50,108 nucleotides of DNA from Deltaproteobacteria bacterium. GTDB lineage: Bacteria; Bdellovibrionota; FAC87; UBA2466. The notes under the pieces are model-generated. The model searched no databases, was not told where the DNA came from, and saw only the letters and a program-made list of their open reading frames with translations. The number at the start of each line of letters is the position of its first letter. Positions within the stretch are counted from its first letter, which is position 1. The DNA lies in NCBI GenBank assembly GCA_043776735.1, contig JAYVQZ010000444.1:1-50108 (forward strand), read 5' to 3'. Position numbers and translations under genes: made by a program. This document shows, piece after piece, positions 1 to 7,899 of this stretch.

Positions 1-2
1 CG

Positions 3-896
3 CCTGAGGGAAAGCCAGGAGACGGGCCGGCGCCTACTCCAACTCCGGTTGCGACCCCGACAGCGACGCCTATTGTAGAGCCCCCGATTCAGCCTGTTGG
101 GCCTCAGGGTGGAGTGGTTGACCCTGGTCAGTTACAAAACGTTTTAGATGGTTTCCGAAGTCAGTTGGCTCAGCAAGCGCAAGACTTAAATAACCGCGTA
201 AACGACGTTCTTAAGAACGGACAAGACGCACTTCAAAACTTAGCTCGGCAGCAACAGCTTCAAAATCAGGATCAGAACCGAGATAACTTGGCTGATGCGC
301 TGAAGAACGTGGGCAACCGCGGAGGCGACCGTAGCAATACGGAAAATCCTCAACCGCAGCCTCAGCTTCCTCAGATTGCAGCTTCCCCTAGCAACGGTGG
401 TGGCAACCAAGGGATTCCTCCGGTTCCCCTCAATGATCCCGGCCAGCCGCCTCCTCCGCCGCCGATGCAGTTTATGCCTCCTCCTTCGAATTATGCATCC
501 ACCCCAGTGGTGCCTCAGCAGCAGTCGGCTCCTATCGAGGATAGACGTCGCGGGTACCTTCCGATCCCTGTAGTACAGAGCTCAGGAATCATGGATATGC
601 TCAGAGCCACCCAGGCTAAGTTGGCCGAGTCACAGTTAGCGCAGCGAAACGCGGTGGCAAGCAATGGAGTTTCCAATCGGCAAAGAGCGCTAAACGGTCC
701 TCGCACAGGAATGGGCGCACGGACTTTGGGTGCCCGAACCATGGGCAGCAGGATCTCTTCGGGAGCTCTCAGCAGACGGCTAGGAACCTCTTCGTTGGCA
801 ATGAGAACGGGTCCTAATGCGAACCTGACGATTAGTCCTCAGGCGCGGACTAATCTGCCTGAGTCGGTAGCAAGCCGAAGTAATCTTTCGCAGTAA
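3..896 (+). CDS. C-terminal part of a Pro/Gln/Asn-rich low-complexity protein (5' end lies outside the window)
   Basis: Frame 3 is open from base 3 (PEGKPGDGPAPTPTPVATPTATP... precedes the GTG at 114 used by the ORF track). Stop TAA at 894-896. Composition is QQQLQNQDQN, PPPPPPMQFMPPP, GARTLGARTMGSR. No catalytic or TM motif seen. Confidence 0.5.
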   Translation, partial: PEGKPGDGPAPTPTPVATPTATPIVEPPIQPVGPQGGVVDPGQLQNVLDGFRSQLAQQAQDLNNRVNDVLKNGQDALQNLARQQQLQNQDQNRDNLADALKNVGNRGGDRSNTENPQPQPQLPQIAASPSNGGGNQGIPPVPLNDPGQPPPPPPMQFMPPPSNYASTPVVPQQQSAPIEDRRRGYLPIPVVQSSGIMDMLRATQAKLAESQLAQRNAVASNGVSNRQRALNGPRTGMGARTLGARTMGSRISSGALSRRLGTSSLAMRTGPNANLTISPQARTNLPESVASRSNLSQ

Positions 897-993
897 TTGG
901 CTTAGTAACTTGCTAAGTAAGTCGTGTCCTAAGGGTTAGCTCGAGTCTCCAACAATGTTGGGGCTTGGAGCCAAAAAGAAACTGAAAGTAAGG

Positions 994-2031
994 TTAAGAT
1001 ATAGGAAGGGTGAGACCGGCATGCCACAAGCAGTCGGCCACCCTTTCTGCGTTTATACGGCTCCCTGGCATCGCGATCGCTCTTGAGAAGGTAGTGCGAT
1101 TTTCAACGCGAGTGTCGTCTCCAAGAATCGTATAGGCGCCCAGGACACTCTTGGGGGCAATAGAACAGTTCTTCCCCACCATAACCGGGCCTTCAATTTC
1201 AATGTTCGTAGGCGGCTTTTCTCCTCGGGCACACCAGATCCCTTTTTCGACTTCGTAATAGCCAAGCCAGCCTGTGAGAATGTTTTTTAAAATGGGATCG
1301 CCCTCTCCCAGCCGGTCAAGAAGCGCTAAGCATGCTTTCCAAAACGGAGCTTTCTCGCCGGTGTCGTACCAATACCGGTTTTCTGTGAACTGAGCTTGGG
1401 CTCTCTCTGGGTATTCCTTCATTAGCCTGGGATAGAGAACCTCGTTGATTCCTGACGGAACCTCTTGAAGAAAACGAAATATTTCCGGGCTTAGTAGATG
1501 AACCCCGGTAAAAATTCCGGTGCGCGTAGCCGGCATCACTTCGTAACGAGGAAGTGAGGTCAGTCTTCCATCCGCCTGAGATCCCACTTTGGCATAGAAC
1601 GGCTGAATGGCGGGATCGTTATGCAAGATCATCGTGGCCCACGCCCCTTTATTGAGGTGGGTCGTGAGGTAGGGGCCAAGTTCAAGATTAGAAATAAAAT
1701 CACAGTTCACAAGAGCAAAAGAGTCTTTTCCAAGAAACGCTTCGGCTTTCTTAAGCCCTCCGCCAGTTCCCAATAATTGGCTCTCGCGAGAGTATTCCAA
1801 GCGCATGCCCAAATGGCCTCCATCGCCCAGAAACTTTTCAAGAACCTCGGGGAGGTGATGCAAATTTAAGATCACATCGTTGATGCCAGCACGCTTGAGT
1901 AAGTCCAACCCAAAAAGAACATTGGGAACATTGAGCACCGGCACGAGCGGTTTTGGCATTTTTTCCGTGATCGGCAATAGTCGAGTGCCTAAGCCGGCCG
2001 CAAGAATCATTCCTTTTTTGAAATCACTCAT
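994..2031 (-). CDS. Sugar-1-phosphate nucleotidylyltransferase (MurU/GlmU/RmlA-type N-domain plus C-terminal left-handed beta-helix-like region)
   Basis: N-terminal signature MILAAGLGTRLLPITEKMPKPLVPV (GxGTRL...KPL). GTGGG motif. Hexapeptide-like C-terminal segment (IEGPVMVGKNCSIAPKSVLGAYTILGDDTRV). 4-nt overlap with the upstream kinase gene. Confidence 0.75.
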   Translation of the reverse strand: MSDFKKGMILAAGLGTRLLPITEKMPKPLVPVLNVPNVLFGLDLLKRAGINDVILNLHHLPEVLEKFLGDGGHLGMRLEYSRESQLLGTGGGLKKAEAFLGKDSFALVNCDFISNLELGPYLTTHLNKGAWATMILHNDPAIQPFYAKVGSQADGRLTSLPRYEVMPATRTGIFTGVHLLSPEIFRFLQEVPSGINEVLYPRLMKEYPERAQAQFTENRYWYDTGEKAPFWKACLALLDRLGEGDPILKNILTGWLGYYEVEKGIWCARGEKPPTNIEIEGPVMVGKNCSIAPKSVLGAYTILGDDTRVENRTTFSRAIAMPGSRINAERVADCLWHAGLTLPIS

Positions 2032-3044
2032 GAGATTGGGATTCCTATTTTTTGCAGTTTGCGTTTGCTCTGTGAGATCCAGATTTCGATGGGAAAGAGC
2101 TCGGCTAATTCGGGAAAGTCCGCTCGGCAGTCCTCTACTAATGTCTGAGCTAACGATAGCGCAGGCAATAGATAACTTAGATGACTAGGTTTCTGGTAGC
2201 GAGTGTAAAACGAGGCAAATGAGCCAGCGGCTTTCACAACCCGTTGCAGTCCCACTCTATTGAGGTCCTGGGGGAATCGATCCCAGGAGATTTTTTTTCC
2301 CAATGAGAAACTGTTTACGGACTGTCGATAGTGTTGGACTAACGACTTCCTTTCATTGGCCGACAATGTCACGTATGCGTCATACACGAGGCTTGCCAGA
2401 TCGTAAGCAGGGGAACCAAGACGGGCGTCTTGGAAATCAATAAGAAACAGCTCATCATTAAAGACCAAAATATTACGCGTGTGGTAATCACGGTGGCAAA
2501 AAACATGCGGTTGCAGATCGCCGATGGTCTTACAGAAATGGCGAAGGGCCACTTCGGGAAATGGGGTGGAAACCTCCAGGAACCCGCTGACCAGGTGCTG
2601 CCACGTAAAGCTCATCTCTTGAAAGTATTTTTCTTCATCAAAAAAGCGGGATGCTACAGGCAACGTTTTTGGAACAGGAAAGGTTTTTCCATGCAATTCG
2701 GCCAAAAGGGTAACGGACCGCCGAAGCCAACTCATCATTTTCGTGCGATTGTCTTCAAGACTCTTGAGCCGCAGTTGGAGTAGCTCATCTCCAAGGTCTT
2801 CCAGCACACCAATGCCTGCCGCCTCGTCTACTTTGAGGAAGCAAGGAACCGGGATTCCTTGCTCGTGGAGATATTCTTGATGTGGCGCGTAATCCTTGCT
2901 AAAAATCCAGTCCGCGTCATCGATAACAACATAAGAATGGCGGCCGATTGATACCCGATAAAACTTCCTTTGAGATCCATCTCCGGCCAGCAAAGAAATT
3001 TGCGGTGAGGTCCCCAGCTTTTCGCTGGCTACCCAAGTTTCCAC
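2028..3044 (-). CDS. APH/choline-kinase-fold phosphotransferase, AmgK-like anomeric sugar kinase
   Basis: Brenner/catalytic loop HRDYHTRNILV and Mg-binding IDFQDA, followed by YDLASLVYDAY. This is the same motif pattern as MurNAc/GlcNAc anomeric kinases. Translationally coupled (ATGA-type 4-nt overlap) to the nucleotidylyltransferase. Confidence 0.7.
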   Translation of the reverse strand: METWVASEKLGTSPQISLLAGDGSQRKFYRVSIGRHSYVVIDDADWIFSKDYAPHQEYLHEQGIPVPCFLKVDEAAGIGVLEDLGDELLQLRLKSLEDNRTKMMSWLRRSVTLLAELHGKTFPVPKTLPVASRFFDEEKYFQEMSFTWQHLVSGFLEVSTPFPEVALRHFCKTIGDLQPHVFCHRDYHTRNILVFNDELFLIDFQDARLGSPAYDLASLVYDAYVTLSANERKSLVQHYRQSVNSFSLGKKISWDRFPQDLNRVGLQRVVKAAGSFASFYTRYQKPSHLSYLLPALSLAQTLVEDCRADFPELAELFPIEIWISQSKRKLQKIGIPIS

Positions 3045-3120
3045 CCATTTGGCTATTCGATTTGGGATATTCCTGCTCCGGTTGCGTATTCAATTCATTG
3101 GTGAGTACTCAGAATATTCA

Positions 3121-6100
3121 ATGAATTCAATTGTTTATAACATCTTTAGCCTTGCTGTTTTTTTACCGAACCGTATACTGAGAGTAGCTCTCACCTCAGA
3201 TTGCATTCTCCAAAAAACAACAGTGATACGACTAAAGTCCATTCGAAGGGCCCTTCGCCCCACTCCACTAAAGGCAGCGCTGCTTTCGTTTGCCTTGGTT
3301 TCTATCGCTCTTTTGCAGTCGCCCCCAAAAACAACCACTTTAAAAAAACAGCCTTCCAAGGGCGTTGCTATTGTCTCTCGAATCGAAAAAACTGTCACTT
3401 TGACTGCTCCCCTTCTTAAAGAGGCTCCGTTGCAGGCTGTTGCCCCCCGGGTGACAAAAGGTCACAAGGTGGCGGCGGTGCCAAAGGTCACTAAACCCAA
3501 GGCTCCTAATGAGCCTAGCTCAACCCAATCTCCCGTAGTTACTGTGGTCAGTGATGAAGACGGTGAAGGGATTACCGGAGAGGATGAGGAGGCTATCGCC
3601 GATCGCCTTCTGTCGGAGGGCTTTGAAGACTCTGTAGCGGTAAACCTCACCCCTGTTTCTGAAGAGGTTGCAGAGCAGTTATTGGACGAAAGTTTCCCTT
3701 TGGCTGATTCCAGCTTACCAGTGGGGGAGACCACACATGAAATAACTACAGCGCCCCTAGTTGCGGTGATTCCCTCTGAGGTGACGACGGTTCAAATGGA
3801 AGGGCGGATTCAGCCCTCCAACTTCAGGCACCTGGAATCAAAGATTGCTGAGATTCGCGGGGATTGGTTTAAAACTCGCAATGAATTTCAGGACTCATTT
3901 AAAGAAGAGCCCCAGCTTGTAAGCGTGGCACCGGTAGTTCGCCACTCCGGTCCCCAGGTGACGGGATTGCCCTCCCCAATCATTCTTCATGAGTCCGGCA
4001 TCGAATTGCCGCTGCCAAAGAGTGAATCGTTGGCTAGAGAGAGCTCTATTGAACTCGAGGAAAAGGAAGAATCACCAGCTGAAATTTTGGCAAGCCTGGG
4101 AACGCAAAAATTAAAAGAGGATAAGCTCCCCAAGGCGCATGAAATTTTGGCCAGTCTTGGAGAAGTAAAAGCCCCTATTAATGAAGCACCATCGTCGGTC
4201 GTCTTAAAAGAAGTGGCAATTGAGGGGCCTCAATTGGTTCAGCCCTCAAACAAACCAAAAGAAATTCCAGAAAAAAAGGCGCATTCGTCGCCTGTTCAAT
4301 TCGCCACGATGACTATTCAGCCAAGTTTGGTTACTCACCCACTTTCCGCTTTCTCGGCGCGCGCAGTAGCCCCACAAACAGCCGACGCAATGATCGTTTC
4401 GGCTAAGGCCATCCCCGTTGCTTCAAAAAAAGTTTTGGACGCTAAGGCAGAGATTGCAGCTATTACCCAGTCCCCGATTCCCACAGCGCTTATTGCGGAG
4501 CGTCACAGCAGAGGCGCTGAGGAAATTCTGTCTGATGTTCCCCGGGCCCGATCCTCGTCGCGCGAACCGGAATTGACCCACAAAGAGGTTCCCCCGGTTG
4601 TCCTTCCTGCCGATGACGAGGATGTAGTGGATGAGAACGCCGAGGGCGGAAAAGCATTTGGGCGGCTCTATCTTGAGCCGGGATTAGCAAGTTGGTTGGA
4701 AAATAAAAAAGGACACGTTGAGCTCTACCTTCATCCTTTAAAAGGAAAAAACGCCGACGACACGATATTTCTCGACTACAGCTACCCCGATGAAGAATTC
4801 GAGTTTTCCACTGAAGGGCTTCGAGGGAACTACCGACTCATCGCTGGCTTCTTTACGCCAGGAACGGCTGAGGCCATCGCCCAAGTGGCGCTACCGGAAG
4901 TCATTTCCGCGTCAAACTACAAGCAGTCGATACGCTTCCAACTAAAACTAAGCGATTTCAAAAAAGCTCAAAAAAAGCTTCAACTTCGAGCCAAAGGCCT
5001 GGCGATGACCGTGACGGTGTTTGAAGGGGCTAGTGGTGATTACCGCCATCCTAAAGCGATCCCTAAGGCTCGTATGGCCATTGAGGGATTTCCCGAGACG
5101 GGAACTTTTAATTCGGACAGTGAAGGAAATATACGGCTTCCCGTCGTTCCCTCAAACTCAACCCTAAAAGTACATCTGACAGCCGATGGATATTTCGATA
5201 CCCACGTAACGATTCCTACCTTCTCTTCTCCCGTTTATTCCTCAGTCTTTTTGGTCGCCCGGGAAAAGGTAGATGCCATCACTAAGTATTTTACAAAAAA
5301 TCCCCAACAGTCGAGTAAGGGCGTAGTTATGGGACGGGTTTACGATCCCAAAACGCGAACTCCAAAGGCCGGAGAAAAAGTGAGCCTTCATTTTCGCAAG
5401 GGAAATGCGCTTTACTTCAACGCCCTTCCGGACCCTACCCTTAACGAAACTTCGAACAACGGCCTTTTTGGGTATTACAACGTAATCTCCGGATTTCGGC
5501 CTTTACGACGGGAATCTCACGAAACCTCGTTCCTGTTCAACGTTGACCGGCAGTCAGCACTCTATTTGGAGTTTGGCCGCGGCGGCGAAAAAGCGCTTAA
5601 AGGAAAGCTAACGGCCCCATCGAACGGGCATGTTCCCATGACTCAGGTTCGTTTGGTGGGCGGATCACCTGGCACTGAAGTGCTCAGCGATTCCTCTGGT
5701 CGTTTTACTCTCCCAGGAATCGATTTTCCTGCCGGCTCCTTACTCATGGAGGTCGAGGCCGAAGGGTACCCTTTGTTTTGGTATGATATTCCCTGGAACC
5801 CTCGGCAATCTGAATCTACCCGCTCCTTCTACATGATGGATAAAGAAATGATCTCGGGAAGTGCTGAGAGCGTTGCAAAAATCAAATGGAAGGCGCATTT
5901 GGGAGCCATCATTGGTGGGGCCAAGACCGATTTTTTTAACGGCCGCAAGGAATGTGTGGCGATCACTTTGGACAACCTCTCGGGCAAGAAGGTCTCTTCA
6001 GAACATGGGCCCTATCCGCTATCGGGACCAGCCCATGCCAAGGGAGATAAAGTCTGTCTCACTTCGGATCGGCCAGGATTTACCTTTTTTAATCTTGCGG

Positions 6101-6201
6101 CGGGAGAATATCTTCTTAAATGGCGAAACGCTAAGGGCGCTGCCATCCGCTCGAGAGTGGTTCACGTTGGCTTGGGCCGTGTAAGCATTGCCCTCGACTA
6201 A
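3121..6201 (+). CDS. Large envelope-associated protein: N-terminal signal anchor, about 450 aa of disordered E/P/S/V-rich linker, and a C-terminal array of CarboxypepD_reg-like beta-sandwich domains
   Basis: Long uninterrupted ORF (track 3049-6201, TTG start). Hydrophobic anchor LKAALLSFALVSIALL. C-terminal repeats of the type GRVYDPKTRTPKAGEKVSL, SDSSGRFTLPGIDFPAGSLLMEVEAEGY, SDSEGNIRLPVVPSNSTLKVHLTADGY. Start is ambiguous (3049 TTG, 3121 ATG, 3223 GTG). Confidence 0.6.
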   Translation: MNSIVYNIFSLAVFLPNRILRVALTSDCILQKTTVIRLKSIRRALRPTPLKAALLSFALVSIALLQSPPKTTTLKKQPSKGVAIVSRIEKTVTLTAPLLKEAPLQAVAPRVTKGHKVAAVPKVTKPKAPNEPSSTQSPVVTVVSDEDGEGITGEDEEAIADRLLSEGFEDSVAVNLTPVSEEVAEQLLDESFPLADSSLPVGETTHEITTAPLVAVIPSEVTTVQMEGRIQPSNFRHLESKIAEIRGDWFKTRNEFQDSFKEEPQLVSVAPVVRHSGPQVTGLPSPIILHESGIELPLPKSESLARESSIELEEKEESPAEILASLGTQKLKEDKLPKAHEILASLGEVKAPINEAPSSVVLKEVAIEGPQLVQPSNKPKEIPEKKAHSSPVQFATMTIQPSLVTHPLSAFSARAVAPQTADAMIVSAKAIPVASKKVLDAKAEIAAITQSPIPTALIAERHSRGAEEILSDVPRARSSSREPELTHKEVPPVVLPADDEDVVDENAEGGKAFGRLYLEPGLASWLENKKGHVELYLHPLKGKNADDTIFLDYSYPDEEFEFSTEGLRGNYRLIAGFFTPGTAEAIAQVALPEVISASNYKQSIRFQLKLSDFKKAQKKLQLRAKGLAMTVTVFEGASGDYRHPKAIPKARMAIEGFPETGTFNSDSEGNIRLPVVPSNSTLKVHLTADGYFDTHVTIPTFSSPVYSSVFLVAREKVDAITKYFTKNPQQSSKGVVMGRVYDPKTRTPKAGEKVSLHFRKGNALYFNALPDPTLNETSNNGLFGYYNVISGFRPLRRESHETSFLFNVDRQSALYLEFGRGGEKALKGKLTAPSNGHVPMTQVRLVGGSPGTEVLSDSSGRFTLPGIDFPAGSLLMEVEAEGYPLFWYDIPWNPRQSESTRSFYMMDKEMISGSAESVAKIKWKAHLGAIIGGAKTDFFNGRKECVAITLDNLSGKKVSSEHGPYPLSGPAHAKGDKVCLTSDRPGFTFFNLAAGEYLLKWRNAKGAAIRSRVVHVGLGRVSIALD
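3152..3179 (+). promoter_or_regulatory. Candidate sigma-70 promoter (TTGCTG-N16-TATACT) for the large secreted protein gene
   Basis: -35 TTGCTG at 3152-3157, 16-nt spacer, -10 TATACT at 3174-3179, in the AT-rich divergent region next to the kinase start (3044). By-eye match only. If real, it excludes the TTG 3049 and ATG 3121 starts and favours GVTG 3223. Confidence 0.25.
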
Positions 6202-6204
6202 CTG

Positions 6205-7578
6205 TTAAATGTCACATTGTTCTTTAGGGAGATCAAGGCCCTTAAAGACAAGATTCAAATTTACCGTTTCTAGTAACCCACCAAAAAGCTCATCCTTATA
6301 AGCTTCCACCAAGTTGGATGAGAGAAATACTGCGTAAAAACTCTTACCCGCAAAACCCAGCCCATCGTCGTCTTCCGAATTGATAATTGGAGCAAGATCG
6401 TTGGCGCGATACTTTTTCACCAAGCGCTGCAAACGGCCTACACCTGAATTATAGGAGGTCACTGCCGTTCCCCAATCCGGAAGCAACGATCGGAAAATTC
6501 TCAATAGCTTTGTGGCGGCAATCGTTTGTTTCAGCGGGTCAGCCCATGCCTTTTGATCAGTACTGGATATCATCTGTCGGGCGGTCCCAGGCATAAACTG
6601 CCACACGCCAACCGCTCCAGCTTTTGAGGCGGCGCGTGGATTGAACGAGGACTCTACGAAAGGAATTCTTGCGAGTGCTACTGGCAAGCCAGCTTTTCTA
6701 AATACGCTTTCGATATGGGGCAGCAGTTGTTTGGACCGATGGAGCGCAGAGATAAACTCGTCGCTCTGTCCCGTCTGGGTACGTAGAGCACTTATTCTTT
6801 TTTCAAGGACCTCCGGCGCTATCAAATTTCGAGCAGATAAGAAATCTCGGAGCCTGGCGACTTCGGGTGGGTTTAGCTGATTGATCGGCCGTTGGCTTGC
6901 TGCTAGACGCATCTGAGCAGTCAGTTCTCGTAAAATTTCCTTTTCTAAACGGTAAACTTTGGTTTCTGTCTCAGGTCCGGCACCCATGACTCGATATAGG
7001 GGGCGAAAGTCGATAAAGCCGTAGATAATAGACGGGTCAAATCGATCGTGAACCACTCTAGTGCGGCTTCCAAAAACAGTTTGAATCAATACCCAAAACT
7101 CTACTCGGCTTTTCAAATAGGGAGGGATTCGAAATTCTAATTCCAGTTTTTCTTTGGGATCACCAACGATGCTCTTGGCTTTATCTATAAGGTCAAACTC
7201 GGGAATATTTGGTTTTGCGGGTAACACGGTGTTGTTTGCCAGCCAAAGCGGTTTAAAATACTTCCACGCCTGGTCGGGGAGTCGAACTGGGTTGTTCTCT
7301 TGATTGTAGTCAAACCGTTGAGAGAGCAAGGGAGCCAGAACGGATGTCTTTTGAGGCTGTAGCGTGGATCCATTTATTTTATCAGCCAGGCGGACAACAC
7401 TGGCCAATCCTGCCCCGAGAAAAACGATGAAGGCAAGGCTTGTGGGAGAGTTCATTAGGTCGCGCCCCATTGCCGGAAGCTGACTTACGAAAAGGAGGCT
7501 TTGTTTGGACAATTTTTTAAATTTGGCGCTAACCCGCTTAAAAAGCGGAACACTAGTTTTCTTACTCTGCCTTCGCAT
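6205..7578 (-). CDS. Membrane-anchored lytic murein transglycosylase (SLT domain)
   Basis: SLT catalytic signature PFVESSFNPRAASKAGAVGVWQFMPGTA and YNSG. N-terminal TM LAFIVFLGAGLASVV. I prefer ATG 7578 (GAGG 6 nt upstream) over the track start at 7629, which is a TTG without an SD. Confidence 0.85.
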   Translation of the reverse strand: MRRQSKKTSVPLFKRVSAKFKKLSKQSLLFVSQLPAMGRDLMNSPTSLAFIVFLGAGLASVVRLADKINGSTLQPQKTSVLAPLLSQRFDYNQENNPVRLPDQAWKYFKPLWLANNTVLPAKPNIPEFDLIDKAKSIVGDPKEKLELEFRIPPYLKSRVEFWVLIQTVFGSRTRVVHDRFDPSIIYGFIDFRPLYRVMGAGPETETKVYRLEKEILRELTAQMRLAASQRPINQLNPPEVARLRDFLSARNLIAPEVLEKRISALRTQTGQSDEFISALHRSKQLLPHIESVFRKAGLPVALARIPFVESSFNPRAASKAGAVGVWQFMPGTARQMISSTDQKAWADPLKQTIAATKLLRIFRSLLPDWGTAVTSYNSGVGRLQRLVKKYRANDLAPIINSEDDDGLGFAGKSFYAVFLSSNLVEAYKDELFGGLLETVNLNLVFKGLDLPKEQCDI

Positions 7579-7685
7579 GAACAGCCTCAGCGGATAAAAG
7601 TGACCAAAATTGTCGGGGTGCAAATCCAATGGTCACGCCGCTACCGAAAAGGAGCGGGGATGGACACTGCCCATGGGGGGACTGA

Positions 7686-7700
7686 GCAAGCGTTGTGCCA
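7686..7700 (-). promoter_or_regulatory. Sigma-54 (-24/-12) promoter candidate upstream of the lytic transglycosylase gene
   Basis: The minus strand reads C-TGGCAC-AACGC-TTGC-T, an exact TGGCAC-N5-TTGCW. It is intergenic, on the same strand as the SLT gene and about 100 nt upstream of it. Confidence 0.55.
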
Positions 7701-7899
7701 GCCAGGTATGCCAACAGAATACGGGGTTTCAATTTACTCGGGTAGGGTTTGATCGATCTCTCACGCCTAAAGGTCTGGGCGTCTCACTTGTCTAAGCTGC
7801 CCGGACATTGGGGAAAGCTTGCGACCAATTCCAAGCCCATTAGATAGGTTGTTATTCTGGGATCTGCGATCCGAGAAATCATTGAAAGGAATTGGGGGA

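Noticed and set aside
937-967. Short hairpins (CTCCAA...TTGGAG, CCAAC-AAT-GTTGG) between the convergent first two genes
   Set aside because: The stems are only 5-6 bp with no T-tract, so they are not distinguishable from chance.
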